DNA from: an uncultured delta proteobacterium
GTDB lineage: Bacteria > Desulfobacterota > Binatia > HRBIN30 > BPIQ01
Assembly (NCBI GenBank): GCA_963761335.1
Contig: CAVXGR010000012.1
Coordinates: 576,001 to 640,000 of the forward strand
Direction: 5' to 3'
DNA length: 64,000 nt
Made by a program: the position numbers and the translations under genes. This document shows, in pieces, positions 19,215 through 30,020 of the stretch (position 1 is the first letter of the stretch; every line of letters starts with the position of its first letter). The notes under the pieces were generated by a model. That model was not told the origin of the DNA. It ran no database searches and was given only the letters and a program-made list of their open reading frames with translations.

Positions 19215-19275
19215 CTTTTCCCTCTCATGTCGCGTCGCGCCTGCTGACCTCGCGCCGGAAAAGTAGCCTGTCCCC
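19203..19275. repeat. Inverted-repeat element with 19-bp arms (GGGGACAGGCAACTTTTCC ... GGAAAAGTAGCCTGTCCCC)
   Basis: Arms 19203-19221 and 19257-19275, one mismatch. Confidence 0.9.
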
Positions 19276-19283
19276 AGCCGCGG

Positions 19284-20045
19284 TCAGGCCTGCGGGCGGC
19301 TGGGGAAGAGGCGTACCCGGCGCGCCGACGGCGGCGCCCCGCGCTCCATGGCCGCCACCATCTCGCGGGCGGCCTGGGCGGGGTCGCGCGCCTCGAGGAT
19401 GGAACGGCCGACCACCAGGTAATCGGCGCCGGCACGCACCGCCTCCTCGGGGGTCATGACGCGCTTCTGATCGTCGTGCTCCTCGGAGGATGGCCGCACT
19501 CCCGGGGTGACGATGACGAAGGGACGGCCGCACTCGCGGCGGATCTGGCGGACCTCCTTCGGCGAGGCGACGACGCCGTCCATCTCGGCCTCCTTGGCGA
19601 GCCGCGCCAGACGGACCACCTGGCTCTCCACCTTGCCCGATATGCCGACGCGTTTCAGGTCGGCGCGATTGAGGCTGGTCAGCACCGTCACCGCGAGGAT
19701 CTTCGGCCGGCGCAGGCCCTCGTTGCGGCAGACCTTGCGCACCTCGCTGACGGTGCGCTCCATCATCTCGAGGCTGCCGGAGGCGTGCACGTCGAACATG
19801 CGCACCCCGAGGCGGGCCGCCTCGACACCGGCCTTGGCGACGGTGCGCGGGATGTCGTGGAACTTGAGGTCGAGAAACACCTCGCCGCCGCGCTCGCGGA
19901 TGGTGCGCACGATGGCCGGTCCGCTGCGCAGGAAGAGCTGCTTGCCGACCTTGAACATGCCCACCTCGTTCATCAGCCGGGAGACGAAGCTCAGCGCCTC
20001 GCGCGGCGAGTCGACGTCGAGGGCGAAGATCAGGCGTGACCGCAT
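19284..20045 (-). CDS. pyrF: Orotidine-5'-phosphate decarboxylase
   Basis: LIFALD, FLDLKFHDIPRTV, AVTVLTS, VTPGVRP, DDQKR, VVGRSI. Confidence 0.96.
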   Translation of the reverse strand: MRSRLIFALDVDSPREALSFVSRLMNEVGMFKVGKQLFLRSGPAIVRTIRERGGEVFLDLKFHDIPRTVAKAGVEAARLGVRMFDVHASGSLEMMERTVSEVRKVCRNEGLRRPKILAVTVLTSLNRADLKRVGISGKVESQVVRLARLAKEAEMDGVVASPKEVRQIRRECGRPFVIVTPGVRPSSEEHDDQKRVMTPEEAVRAGADYLVVGRSILEARDPAQAAREMVAAMERGAPPSARRVRLFPSRPQA

Positions 20046-20071
20046 GCCGCCGCGCCCGCTGAAAGGCCAGC

Positions 20072-21799
20072 TCAAGGGCGCTCCGTCGCCGCGGCGCGCA
20101 CCAGGGACACCGTCTGCTCGACGGCGTCGGCGAGCGCGATCTCGGTCGCCTTGGCCTGGCGCCGCGGCTTCCACTCGATGTTGCCGCGCTCCAGGGCCTT
20201 GGGCCCGACCGTCAGCCGCAGCGGTAGGCCGAGCAGATCGGCGTCCTTGAACTTGACCCCGGGGCGCTCCTCGCGATCGTCGAGGAGGACCTCGACCCCG
20301 GCGGCCTGGAGGTCCGCATAGAGCTTCTCCGCCACCGTCCGCTGCCGCTCGTCGGTCCAGCTCACCGGCAGCAGGTGCACGTGCGCGGGCGCCAGCGACA
20401 TCGGCCAGATGATGCCGCTGTCGTCGTGGTGCTGCTCGATGGCGGCGGCGGCGGTACGGGTGATGCCGATGCCGTAGCTGCCCATGATCATCGGCCGGGC
20501 CTCTCCGCTGGCGTCGAGGAAGGTGGCTCCCATGGGGACGCTGTACTTGGTGCCGAGATAGAAGATGTTTCCCACCTCGATCCCGCGGTGCTCCTCGAGC
20601 ACGCCGTCCTCGCACCGCGGGCACAGGTCGCCGGCGCGCGCCACGCGAAGATCGGCGAAATGCAGATCGGACAGATCGCGCTCCTGGTCGATGCCCACCA
20701 GATGATGATCCGCCTGGTTGGCGCCGCTGACGCCGCCGCGCAGGCCGCGCAGTCCGGCGTCGGCGAGCACCTGCACGTCGAGGCCGATGGGGCCGGCAAA
20801 GCCGACCGGGGCGCCGCTGGCGCGCTCGATGGCCGCCTCGTCGGCAAGCGCCACCCACTGCACCCCGAGAGCGTTCTTCAGCTTGATCTCGCTGAGCTGG
20901 TGATCGCCGCGCACCAGGGCGGCCACCGTGTCGCCGGCGTCGGTGACGTAGATGAGGGTCTTGATGAAGCGCTCGGGAGGCAGGCCGAGAAAGGACGACA
21001 CCTCCTCGATGGTGCGCTGCCCGGGCGTGTGCACCTTCTCGCGCCCGGCGGCGCTGCCGGGCGGCGCCGGCGCCGGCGCCGTGCGCGCCTCCGCCTTCTC
21101 GACGTTGGCGGCGTAGCTACAGCGGCTGCAGCTGACGATGGCGTCTTCACCGGAGGCCGCCAGCACCTGGAACTCGTGGGCGCGTGTGCCACCGATGGCG
21201 CCGGTGTCCGACTCCACCTGACGCGAGTCGAGGCCGCAGCGGCGGAAGATGCGCGCGTAGGTCTGCGCCATGTTCTGGTACTCGCGCTCGCAGTCCTCGG
21301 CGTCGACGTGGAAGGAGTAGGCGTCCTTCATGATGAACTCGCGACCGCGCATCAGGCCGAAGCGCGGCCGCACCTCGTCGCGGAACTTCACCTGGATCTG
21401 GTAGAGGTTGAGCGGCAGCTCGCGATAGGAGCGGATCTCGCGACGCACGATGTCGGTGACCACCTCCTCGTGCGTCGGCCCGAAGCAGAAGTCGCGATCG
21501 TGGCGGTCGCGGATGCGCAGGAGCTCTTTGCCGTACTTGTCCCAGCGGCCGCTCTCCTGCCAGAGCTCGGCCGGACAGACGGCCGGCATGAGGATCTCCT
21601 GCGAGCCGGCGCGGTCCATCTCCTCGCGGACGATGGACTCCACCTTGCGCACCACGCGCAGGCCCAGCGGCAGAAAATCGTAGATGCCGCGCGCCACTTG
21701 GCGGATCATGCCGGCGCGCAGCATGAGCTTGTGACTGACCACCTCGGCGTCCGAGGGATCCTCCTTCAGCGTCGGGATCAGTGTCTGGCGATAACGCAC
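20072..21799 (-). CDS. proS: Proline--tRNA ligase (bacterial type with editing domain)
   Basis: SHKLMLRAG, GPTHEE, FRDEVRPRFGLMRGREF, GIEVGNIF, MGSYGIG. Confidence 0.97.
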   Translation of the reverse strand: MRYRQTLIPTLKEDPSDAEVVSHKLMLRAGMIRQVARGIYDFLPLGLRVVRKVESIVREEMDRAGSQEILMPAVCPAELWQESGRWDKYGKELLRIRDRHDRDFCFGPTHEEVVTDIVRREIRSYRELPLNLYQIQVKFRDEVRPRFGLMRGREFIMKDAYSFHVDAEDCEREYQNMAQTYARIFRRCGLDSRQVESDTGAIGGTRAHEFQVLAASGEDAIVSCSRCSYAANVEKAEARTAPAPAPPGSAAGREKVHTPGQRTIEEVSSFLGLPPERFIKTLIYVTDAGDTVAALVRGDHQLSEIKLKNALGVQWVALADEAAIERASGAPVGFAGPIGLDVQVLADAGLRGLRGGVSGANQADHHLVGIDQERDLSDLHFADLRVARAGDLCPRCEDGVLEEHRGIEVGNIFYLGTKYSVPMGATFLDASGEARPMIMGSYGIGITRTAAAAIEQHHDDSGIIWPMSLAPAHVHLLPVSWTDERQRTVAEKLYADLQAAGVEVLLDDREERPGVKFKDADLLGLPLRLTVGPKALERGNIEWKPRRQAKATEIALADAVEQTVSLVRAAATERP

Positions 21800-21913
21800 G
21801 GCGGGGGAATCTCAGGGGCGGACCTTAGTGATTCGACTGGCCTGAATCAAGCTGGGACCGCCGCCAAGCTTGCGGCCAGCTTGGTTGCAGCCCTGCGCCG
21901 GCCCGCGGGCAAA

Positions 21914-21963
21914 GTAGAAGCGGCGTCTCGCCGCTTCCGAAAGCGCCGAGACGGCGCTTCTAC
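21914..21963. repeat. GTAG-type REP doublet, copy 3
   Basis: GTAGAAGCGGCGTCTCGCCGCTTccgaAAGCGCCGAGACGGCGCTTCTAC, preceded by the same CCGGCCCGCGGGC as the copies at 3.2-3.4 kb. Confidence 0.85.
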
Positions 21964-22009
21964 GCCGCGCTCCCCCGGCGGAGGAGGCGCCGGCCCGGTG
22001 GCGCTCCCG

Positions 22010-22642
22010 TCAGGCGAGCGTCGCCACGTCGCGACCGGTGTGGCCGCTGTCGACGAAGCGCGGCGGATGGTAGCCGCTGCGGTCGTGCTCGACCACCACG
22101 ATGCCGGCGTTGCCGCTGGCCTGGGCACCGTCCCACGAATCGATGGCGTGGGCCCACAGCGCCAGCATGACGCCGCCGTGGCTGACCACGACGACGTCCC
22201 GCGCCGGGTGCGCCGCGGCGATGCGGCCGATCTCCGGGGCGACGCGATCGCGCACGTCCTCGAGCGACTCACCGCCGCGCGGGCGCCATTCCCAGCGGCG
22301 CGCCGGGTCGAAGCGCGGGTCCTTGCCGACGATCTCGTACGGCTGGCCGGCGAGCTCGCCGAGGTTCTGCTCGTGCAGCGGCTCGGCGATCTCGAGCGGC
22401 AGTGACAGCGCCGCGGCGATGATCTCCGCCGTCTCCCGAGCCCGCGCGTAGGGGCTACTGACGACGCCCACGGCGCGAAACTCGGCGGCGATGACGTGCG
22501 CCGCCCGGCGTGCCTGCTCGCGGCCGCGGGCGGTCAGGGGAACGACCGGGGAGTGGGTGAAGACGCGGTCGCGGTTACCCTCGCTCTCCCCGTGGCGCAC
22601 CAGGATCAAGCGGCCCCGCCGCGCCTCGTCGGTATCGGACAT
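22010..22642 (-). CDS. Histidine phosphatase (phosphoglycerate mutase-like) family protein
   Basis: LVRHGE, SSP-x2-RA-x-ETA, GES, VSHGG. Confidence 0.9.
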   Translation of the reverse strand: MSDTDEARRGRLILVRHGESEGNRDRVFTHSPVVPLTARGREQARRAAHVIAAEFRAVGVVSSPYARARETAEIIAAALSLPLEIAEPLHEQNLGELAGQPYEIVGKDPRFDPARRWEWRPRGGESLEDVRDRVAPEIGRIAAAHPARDVVVVSHGGVMLALWAHAIDSWDGAQASGNAGIVVVEHDRSGYHPPRFVDSGHTGRDVATLA

Positions 22643-22696
22643 CCTGCTTTTAATCGCGTCATTTCCCGCCTCGCGCAAGGGGGAGAACGGTCCTTT

Positions 22697-22796
22697 TCGT
22701 GCTCGTGCTCGCAATCGTGATCGGGCTCGCGGAATCATCCGCCGCGTCGCGGCACGGCCCCCCAGCCTTCCCGACGCGGCGGGACGCCGCATCTAC
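22697..22796. repeat. Hexamer tract plus single GTAG REP (related to 14123-14191)
   Basis: TCGTGCTCGTGCTCGCAATCG 22697-22717; CCGACGCGGCGGGACGCCGCATCTAC 22771-22796. Confidence 0.75.
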
Positions 22797-22905
22797 TCGT
22801 GCTTCGAGCGCGAGCGGGATCCCCACCCCGAGGCCCGCGCTTTTTCTTTGGGCGCGCATTTGGTATAGGAACGGTCCGTGGCTCGCTTCCGGGCCGCGGT
22901 TTTTT

Positions 22906-25303
<2,398 letters not shown>

Positions 25304-25342
25304 CGGCGCCTGCGGCGCCGCAGGCCGGCTCGTCCGTTGGCC

Positions 25343-26176
25343 ATGACCCGCAACACCCGCATCGTCTCCATTGCCGGCGTCGCCGTCGGCGGCGGCAATC
25401 CGCTCGCCTTCATCGGCGGGCCGTGCATCATCGAGAGCCGCGACAGCGCCCTGCGCCACGCCGAGGCCATGCGCCGCATCACCGCCAGCGCCGGCGTGCC
25501 GTTCATCTTCAAGTCGTCCTTCGACAAGGCGAACCGCACCTCGCGCAGCTCGTACCGCGGTCCCGGCATCGACGCCGGGCTGGCGATCCTCGCCGAGGTG
25601 CGCCGCGAGATCGGCGTGCCGGTGCTGACCGACGTCCACGAGGTGGCCCAGGTGGGCCCGGCGGCGGCGGTCGTCGACGTGCTGCAGACGCCCGCCTTCC
25701 TCTGCCGGCAGACGGACCTGCTCGAGGCGTGCGCCGCCAGCGGCAAGCCGGTGAACGTCAAGAAGGGACAGTTCCTGGCGCCCTGGGACATGGGGCCGGT
25801 GGTGGAGAAGATGGCCGCCGGGGGCAATCGCGCCCTGCTGGTGACCGAGCGCGGCGTCTCCTTCGGCTACAACAACCTGGTCACCGATCTGCGCGCCCTG
25901 CCGATTCTCGCCGAGATCGGCTATCCGGTGGTCTACGACGCCGGTCACAGCGTGCAGCTCCCCGGGGGGCAGGGATCGCGCTCCGGGGGACAGCGGCAGT
26001 TCATCCGGCCGCTGGCGCGCGCCGCCGTCGCCACCGGCGTCGACGCCGTTTTCCTCGAGGTGCACGAAGATCCGGACCGCGCTCTCAGCGACGGACCAAA
26101 CTCCTATCCGCTCGGCGAGCTGGCGCCGCTCCTCGGCGAGCTGAAGAGAGTCGATGAGCTCCTCCGCCAGCTCTGA
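25343..26176 (+). CDS. kdsA: KDO 8-phosphate synthase
   Basis: GPCIIE, KSSFDKANRTS, PAFLCRQTD, KKGQF, ERGVSFGY, ALSDG. Confidence 0.97.
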   Translation: MTRNTRIVSIAGVAVGGGNPLAFIGGPCIIESRDSALRHAEAMRRITASAGVPFIFKSSFDKANRTSRSSYRGPGIDAGLAILAEVRREIGVPVLTDVHEVAQVGPAAAVVDVLQTPAFLCRQTDLLEACAASGKPVNVKKGQFLAPWDMGPVVEKMAAGGNRALLVTERGVSFGYNNLVTDLRALPILAEIGYPVVYDAGHSVQLPGGQGSRSGGQRQFIRPLARAAVATGVDAVFLEVHEDPDRALSDGPNSYPLGELAPLLGELKRVDELLRQL

Positions 26177-27218
26177 AGGCCGCCGCCGGCCGCGCCGCGC
26201 CCGGCAGCGGCCCGCCAAGCCGCGGCGGCCGGCGATGGCGCCGCCCGCCGGGAACGTCGAGGGCGATCTGGCGCGTGCCCGCCGCGTCCTGCGCATCGAA
26301 GCGGGCGCCATCCGCGAGCTGGCGCGGCGCCTCGACGACCGCTTCAGCCGCGCGGTCGACCTGCTGGTGCAGTGCCGCGGCAAGGTCGTGGTCACCGGCA
26401 TGGGAAAGTCCGGACAGATCTGCCGCAAGCTGGCCTCGACCTTTGCCAGCACCGGCACACCGGCCTTCTTCCTACACGCCGGCGAGGGCATGCACGGCGA
26501 CGCCGGCATGATCATGAAGGAGGACGTGGTGCTCGCCGTCTCCAACAGCGGCGAGACCGAGGTCGTACAGCTGCTGCCGCTGATCAAGCGCCTCGAGCTG
26601 CAGCTGATCGCGCTCACCGGGGTTCCCGCCTCCACCCTGGGGCGCGCCGCCGACGTCGTGCTCGACACCCGCGTCGCCGAGGAGGCCTGCCCTCTCGGTT
26701 TGGCGCCGACGGCGAGCACCACGGCGACGCTCGCCCTCGGCGACGCCTTGGCCGTGGCCGCCCTGGAGCGCCGCAACTTCAATGCCGACGACTTCGCGGT
26801 CCTGCACCGCGGCGGCAGCCTTGGCCGCCGCCTGCTCAAGGTCGACGAGGTCATCCACACCGGCGCCCAGCTGCCGCTGGTGGCGGCGGAGGCGCCGATC
26901 GAGGCGGTGCTGGCGGAGATGACGGAGAAGCGGCTGGGCATCACCGGGGTCACCGACGGCGACGGCGCTCTGGTGGGCGTGATCACCGACGGCGATCTGC
27001 GCCGCGGCCTGCAGAGCTCCGCGGACCTGCGCGGCCACTCGGCGCGGACGCTGATGACGACGCGCCCGAAGACCATCGAGGCCGGGGCCCTGGCCGAGCG
27101 GGCTCTGGCCACCATGGAGCGCCACAGCATCACCTCGCTCTTCGTCCTCGAGAGCAACGGGCAACGGCCGCTCGGCATCGTCCATCTTCACGACCTGCTG
27201 AAAGCCGGCGTCGTCTAG
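26154..27218 (+). CDS. kdsD: KpsF/GutQ arabinose-5-phosphate isomerase (SIS plus CBS pair)
   Basis: GMGKSG, ASTGTP, HGD, SNSGET, EACPLGLAPTAST, TDGDLRR, HLHDLL; start may be ATG 26235. Confidence 0.95.
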   Translation: MSSSASSEGRRRPRRARQRPAKPRRPAMAPPAGNVEGDLARARRVLRIEAGAIRELARRLDDRFSRAVDLLVQCRGKVVVTGMGKSGQICRKLASTFASTGTPAFFLHAGEGMHGDAGMIMKEDVVLAVSNSGETEVVQLLPLIKRLELQLIALTGVPASTLGRAADVVLDTRVAEEACPLGLAPTASTTATLALGDALAVAALERRNFNADDFAVLHRGGSLGRRLLKVDEVIHTGAQLPLVAAEAPIEAVLAEMTEKRLGITGVTDGDGALVGVITDGDLRRGLQSSADLRGHSARTLMTTRPKTIEAGALAERALATMERHSITSLFVLESNGQRPLGIVHLHDLLKAGVV

Positions 27219-27228
27219 TCGGGGGCCG

Positions 27229-28245
27229 ATGTCGCTTCGCAGCTTCTACAAGAGCTCGCCGCGGCTGCGCCGCCTGTGGCGCTCGAGCAAGAATCAGCTC
27301 ACCTACTGGCCGGCGCGCGGCGCCATGGCGCTGGTCGCGGCGCTGCCTCTGTCCGCGGCGCTGCGCCTCGGCGAGGGCGTCGGGGCACTGATCTACTCGC
27401 TGCTGCCGTCGCTGCGCCGCCTCTCCGACGAGCACCTGCGGCTCGCCTTCGGCGACTCGCTGAGCCCAGCCGAGCGCCGGCGCATCGCCCGCGCCGCGGT
27501 GATGAACGCCGCCCGCTCCTTCTGTGAGATCGCCAAGTTCGATGCCATCGCGCCCCGCATCGACGACTACGTCGAGCTCGACGACCGCGCCGGCATCGAC
27601 GAGGTGCTCGGACGCGGCCAGGGCGGCATCGCGGTCACCGGACACATCGGCAACTGGGAGATCCTGGCCGCCTATTTCGGCATGAAGGGATTCAAGGTGT
27701 GCGCCATCGCCCGCCGCATGTACGAGGAGCGCCTGAACGCGATCCTGGTCGACTTTCGCGCCCGCCACGGCGTCGAGACCGTCCTGCGGGAGGACGCCTC
27801 CTCGCCGCGGCAGATCCTCGCGGCGCTCAAGAACCGCTACCTGCTGGCGATGCTGGTCGACCAGGACACCCACGCGCCGTCGGTGAGCGTCCCCTTCTTC
27901 GGCCGCCCGGCGCGAACGCCGGCGGCGCCGGCGACCCTGGCGCTGCGCCGGGGAACGCCGCTGGCTCCGGTATTCATCGAGCGGCGCGCCGGCGGGGGAT
28001 ACCGCATCACCGTGCACCCGATCCTCGAGATCCCCCGCAGCGGCGACCGCCTCGAGGACGTGCGCCGCCTCGCCACCGCCTACAACCAGGCCATCGAGCA
28101 GCACATTCGGCGCCGTCCCGAGGAGTGGGTCTGGTGGCACGAACGCTGGCGCCGCCCGCCCATTCCGCACCTTGATCTGGATGCCAAACTTCAATATTCA
28201 GCGAGCTTGGAGTCGCGCGAAAACGCCCTTGCCGCAGGGGAGTGA
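27229..28245 (+). CDS. Lipid A late acyltransferase (LpxL/HtrB family), paralogue 1
   Basis: GHIGNWE (HX4E), LVDQD, VPFFG, PEEWVWWHERW. Confidence 0.88.
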   Translation: MSLRSFYKSSPRLRRLWRSSKNQLTYWPARGAMALVAALPLSAALRLGEGVGALIYSLLPSLRRLSDEHLRLAFGDSLSPAERRRIARAAVMNAARSFCEIAKFDAIAPRIDDYVELDDRAGIDEVLGRGQGGIAVTGHIGNWEILAAYFGMKGFKVCAIARRMYEERLNAILVDFRARHGVETVLREDASSPRQILAALKNRYLLAMLVDQDTHAPSVSVPFFGRPARTPAAPATLALRRGTPLAPVFIERRAGGGYRITVHPILEIPRSGDRLEDVRRLATAYNQAIEQHIRRRPEEWVWWHERWRRPPIPHLDLDAKLQYSASLESRENALAAGE

Positions 28246-28302
28246 GAGAGGGAGGCGTTTCCGCGAACACCGGTGCCATCAGGCACCAAGGGAGCAATTG
28301 TC

Positions 28303-28881
28303 ATGGCGGCCGATCCGAGAATGATCCTGCTGATGAGCTATTATCGCGATGCGGAGATCCGCGGCGCCTCGCTCCTGCTGCGCCTGATCTCCCATCTCCC
28401 CGACGGCGAGTCGCAGACCAAGCTCTCGCTCCACCTCGCCGACGAGACCCGGCACGCGTGGCTGTGGACCAAGAGGATCAACGATCTCGGCGCCTCGCCG
28501 CTTCGCGTCGAGGACGGCTATCAGTCGCGCATCGGCCTGAAGACCATCCCGCGCTCCGTGGTCGACATCCTCGCCCTCACCGTGGTCGTCGAGCAGCGCT
28601 CGCTCGATCGCTACATCGAGCACGCCGCCCGGCCGAACATCGACCCCGAGACCCTGGCGGTGCTGCGCGAGGTCTCGCAGGACGAGAAGTGGCACATCGC
28701 CTGGATCAAGAACAAGATGTACGAGATCGCCGCCGCCGAGAGCGGCCCGGAAGCCGGTGCCCAGCGCGCCGACGCCGCCATCGCCAAGTACGCGGAGATC
28801 GATCGCCAGGTGTACGCCTCCCTGCTGGAGAAGGAGCGCCAGACCTTCGGCGGGCATCTGGCTCACGAGACGCCGTCCTGA
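28303..28881 (+). CDS. Ferritin-like di-iron domain protein
   Basis: E...DETRH...VVE...DEKWH pattern; SD AAGGGAG. Confidence 0.8.
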   Translation: MAADPRMILLMSYYRDAEIRGASLLLRLISHLPDGESQTKLSLHLADETRHAWLWTKRINDLGASPLRVEDGYQSRIGLKTIPRSVVDILALTVVVEQRSLDRYIEHAARPNIDPETLAVLREVSQDEKWHIAWIKNKMYEIAAAESGPEAGAQRADAAIAKYAEIDRQVYASLLEKERQTFGGHLAHETPS

Positions 28882-29834
28882 ACTTCGCCGCCCCCGCAGC
28901 GCGCGACGCCGCCGGGCGCGCTGCAAGCCGCCGCGACAAGCTCGAGCTACTCGGATTTCGCCTGGCCCTGGGGGCCTTCCGCAGCCTGCCGCGCCGCACC
29001 GCTCTGCGTCTCGGGGCGCGGCTCGGCGAGATCGCCTGTCGGCTCGACGCCAAGGATCGCCGGGTCGCGCTCCTCAACCTGCGCATCGCCTTTCCAGAGC
29101 GCAGCGAGATCCAGCGCCGCGCCATCCTGAGCGCCAGCCTCCGCAACCTCGGACGCACCGCCGCCGAGATCTGCCACCTCGGCTCGCTCACCGCCGAGAC
29201 CCTGCCGCGCTACATTCGCTTCGCCGACCGCGAGCCCTGGGAACGCCTGCTGCGCGGCGCCGAGAGCACCGGCCTGCTGATCCTCACCGGGCACTTCGGC
29301 AACTGGGAGATGCTCGCCCATGCCCACGGCGTCCTCGGCCACCCGGTGAAACTCATATACCGCCCGATGCGCAACCCGCTGGTGGAAGCGGAGATCAGCC
29401 GCCTGCGCGGCGCCGCCGGAACCCGCGGCATTCCCAAGCGGGCGGCGGCCAAGGAGGCGATCCGCGCCATACGCAACAAGGAGATCGTCGTCATTCCGAT
29501 CGACCAGAACCAGAGCCTCGCCTTCGGCGGCTTCGTCGACTTCTTCGGCAAGCCGGCGTGCACGACCTTCGGTCTGGCCGGGCTGGCGCGCATCACCGGC
29601 GCCCCGGTGGTTCCGGCCTTCCTGGTGCGCGAGGGCGAGAGCGAGCGCCACCGGCTCGAGGTGCTGCCCCCGGTCGAGCTCATCGACAGCGGCGACCGCC
29701 GTGCCGACGCCATGGCCAACACGCAGCGCTACACGCGCATCTTCGAGGACATGGTGCGCCGCTTCCCCGAGCAGTGGATCTGGTTCCACAAGCGCTGGCG
29801 CACCCGCCCCCCCGGCGAGCCGCAGTTCTACTGA
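28878..29834 (+). CDS. Lipid A late acyltransferase (LpxL/HtrB family), paralogue 2; probable CTG start
   Basis: NLRIAFPE, GHFGNWE, IDQN, VDFFG, PEQWIWFHKRW. Confidence 0.85.
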   Translation: MNFAAPAARDAAGRAASRRDKLELLGFRLALGAFRSLPRRTALRLGARLGEIACRLDAKDRRVALLNLRIAFPERSEIQRRAILSASLRNLGRTAAEICHLGSLTAETLPRYIRFADREPWERLLRGAESTGLLILTGHFGNWEMLAHAHGVLGHPVKLIYRPMRNPLVEAEISRLRGAAGTRGIPKRAAAKEAIRAIRNKEIVVIPIDQNQSLAFGGFVDFFGKPACTTFGLAGLARITGAPVVPAFLVREGESERHRLEVLPPVELIDSGDRRADAMANTQRYTRIFEDMVRRFPEQWIWFHKRWRTRPPGEPQFY

Positions 29835-29855
29835 AGCAGAGCGATGAGAATGTAA

Positions 29856-29942
29856 AATGGAGAACCGGTGACCGGTGATGGAGAACTGGCAAACCGAGGT
29901 CTCATTGACCGGTTCTCCATCACCGGTCATCGGTTTTTCATT
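29856..29942 (+). repeat. Long inverted repeat (34-bp arms) built from 7-nt-period units
   Basis: Arms 29856-29889 and 29909-29942; 30/34 Watson-Crick pairs, the other four G-T. Confidence 0.9.
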
Positions 29943-29968
29943 CTCCATTTCTCCTTCATCTTCCCCGG

Positions 29969-29997
29969 TTGCACCTTCGCCACATGTTCGCTATAGG
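29969..29997 (+). promoter_or_regulatory. Putative lexA promoter (TTGCAC-N17-TATAGG) with a candidate operator in the spacer
   Basis: Spacer CTTCGCCACATGTTCGC contains TTCGC repeated with an 11-nt period. Confidence 0.55.
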
Positions 29998-30020
29998 ACT
30001 TGGGTCCCCCGGGAGGCGCC

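Noticed and set aside
19284..20858. 524-aa ORF ending in PyrF (also 929-1843, 28242-29834, 43326-45191, 62123-63697)
   Set aside because: Upstream extensions are off-frame reads of the preceding genes, not fusions. REC-LpxC differs in having two recognisable domains in one frame with no overlapping gene
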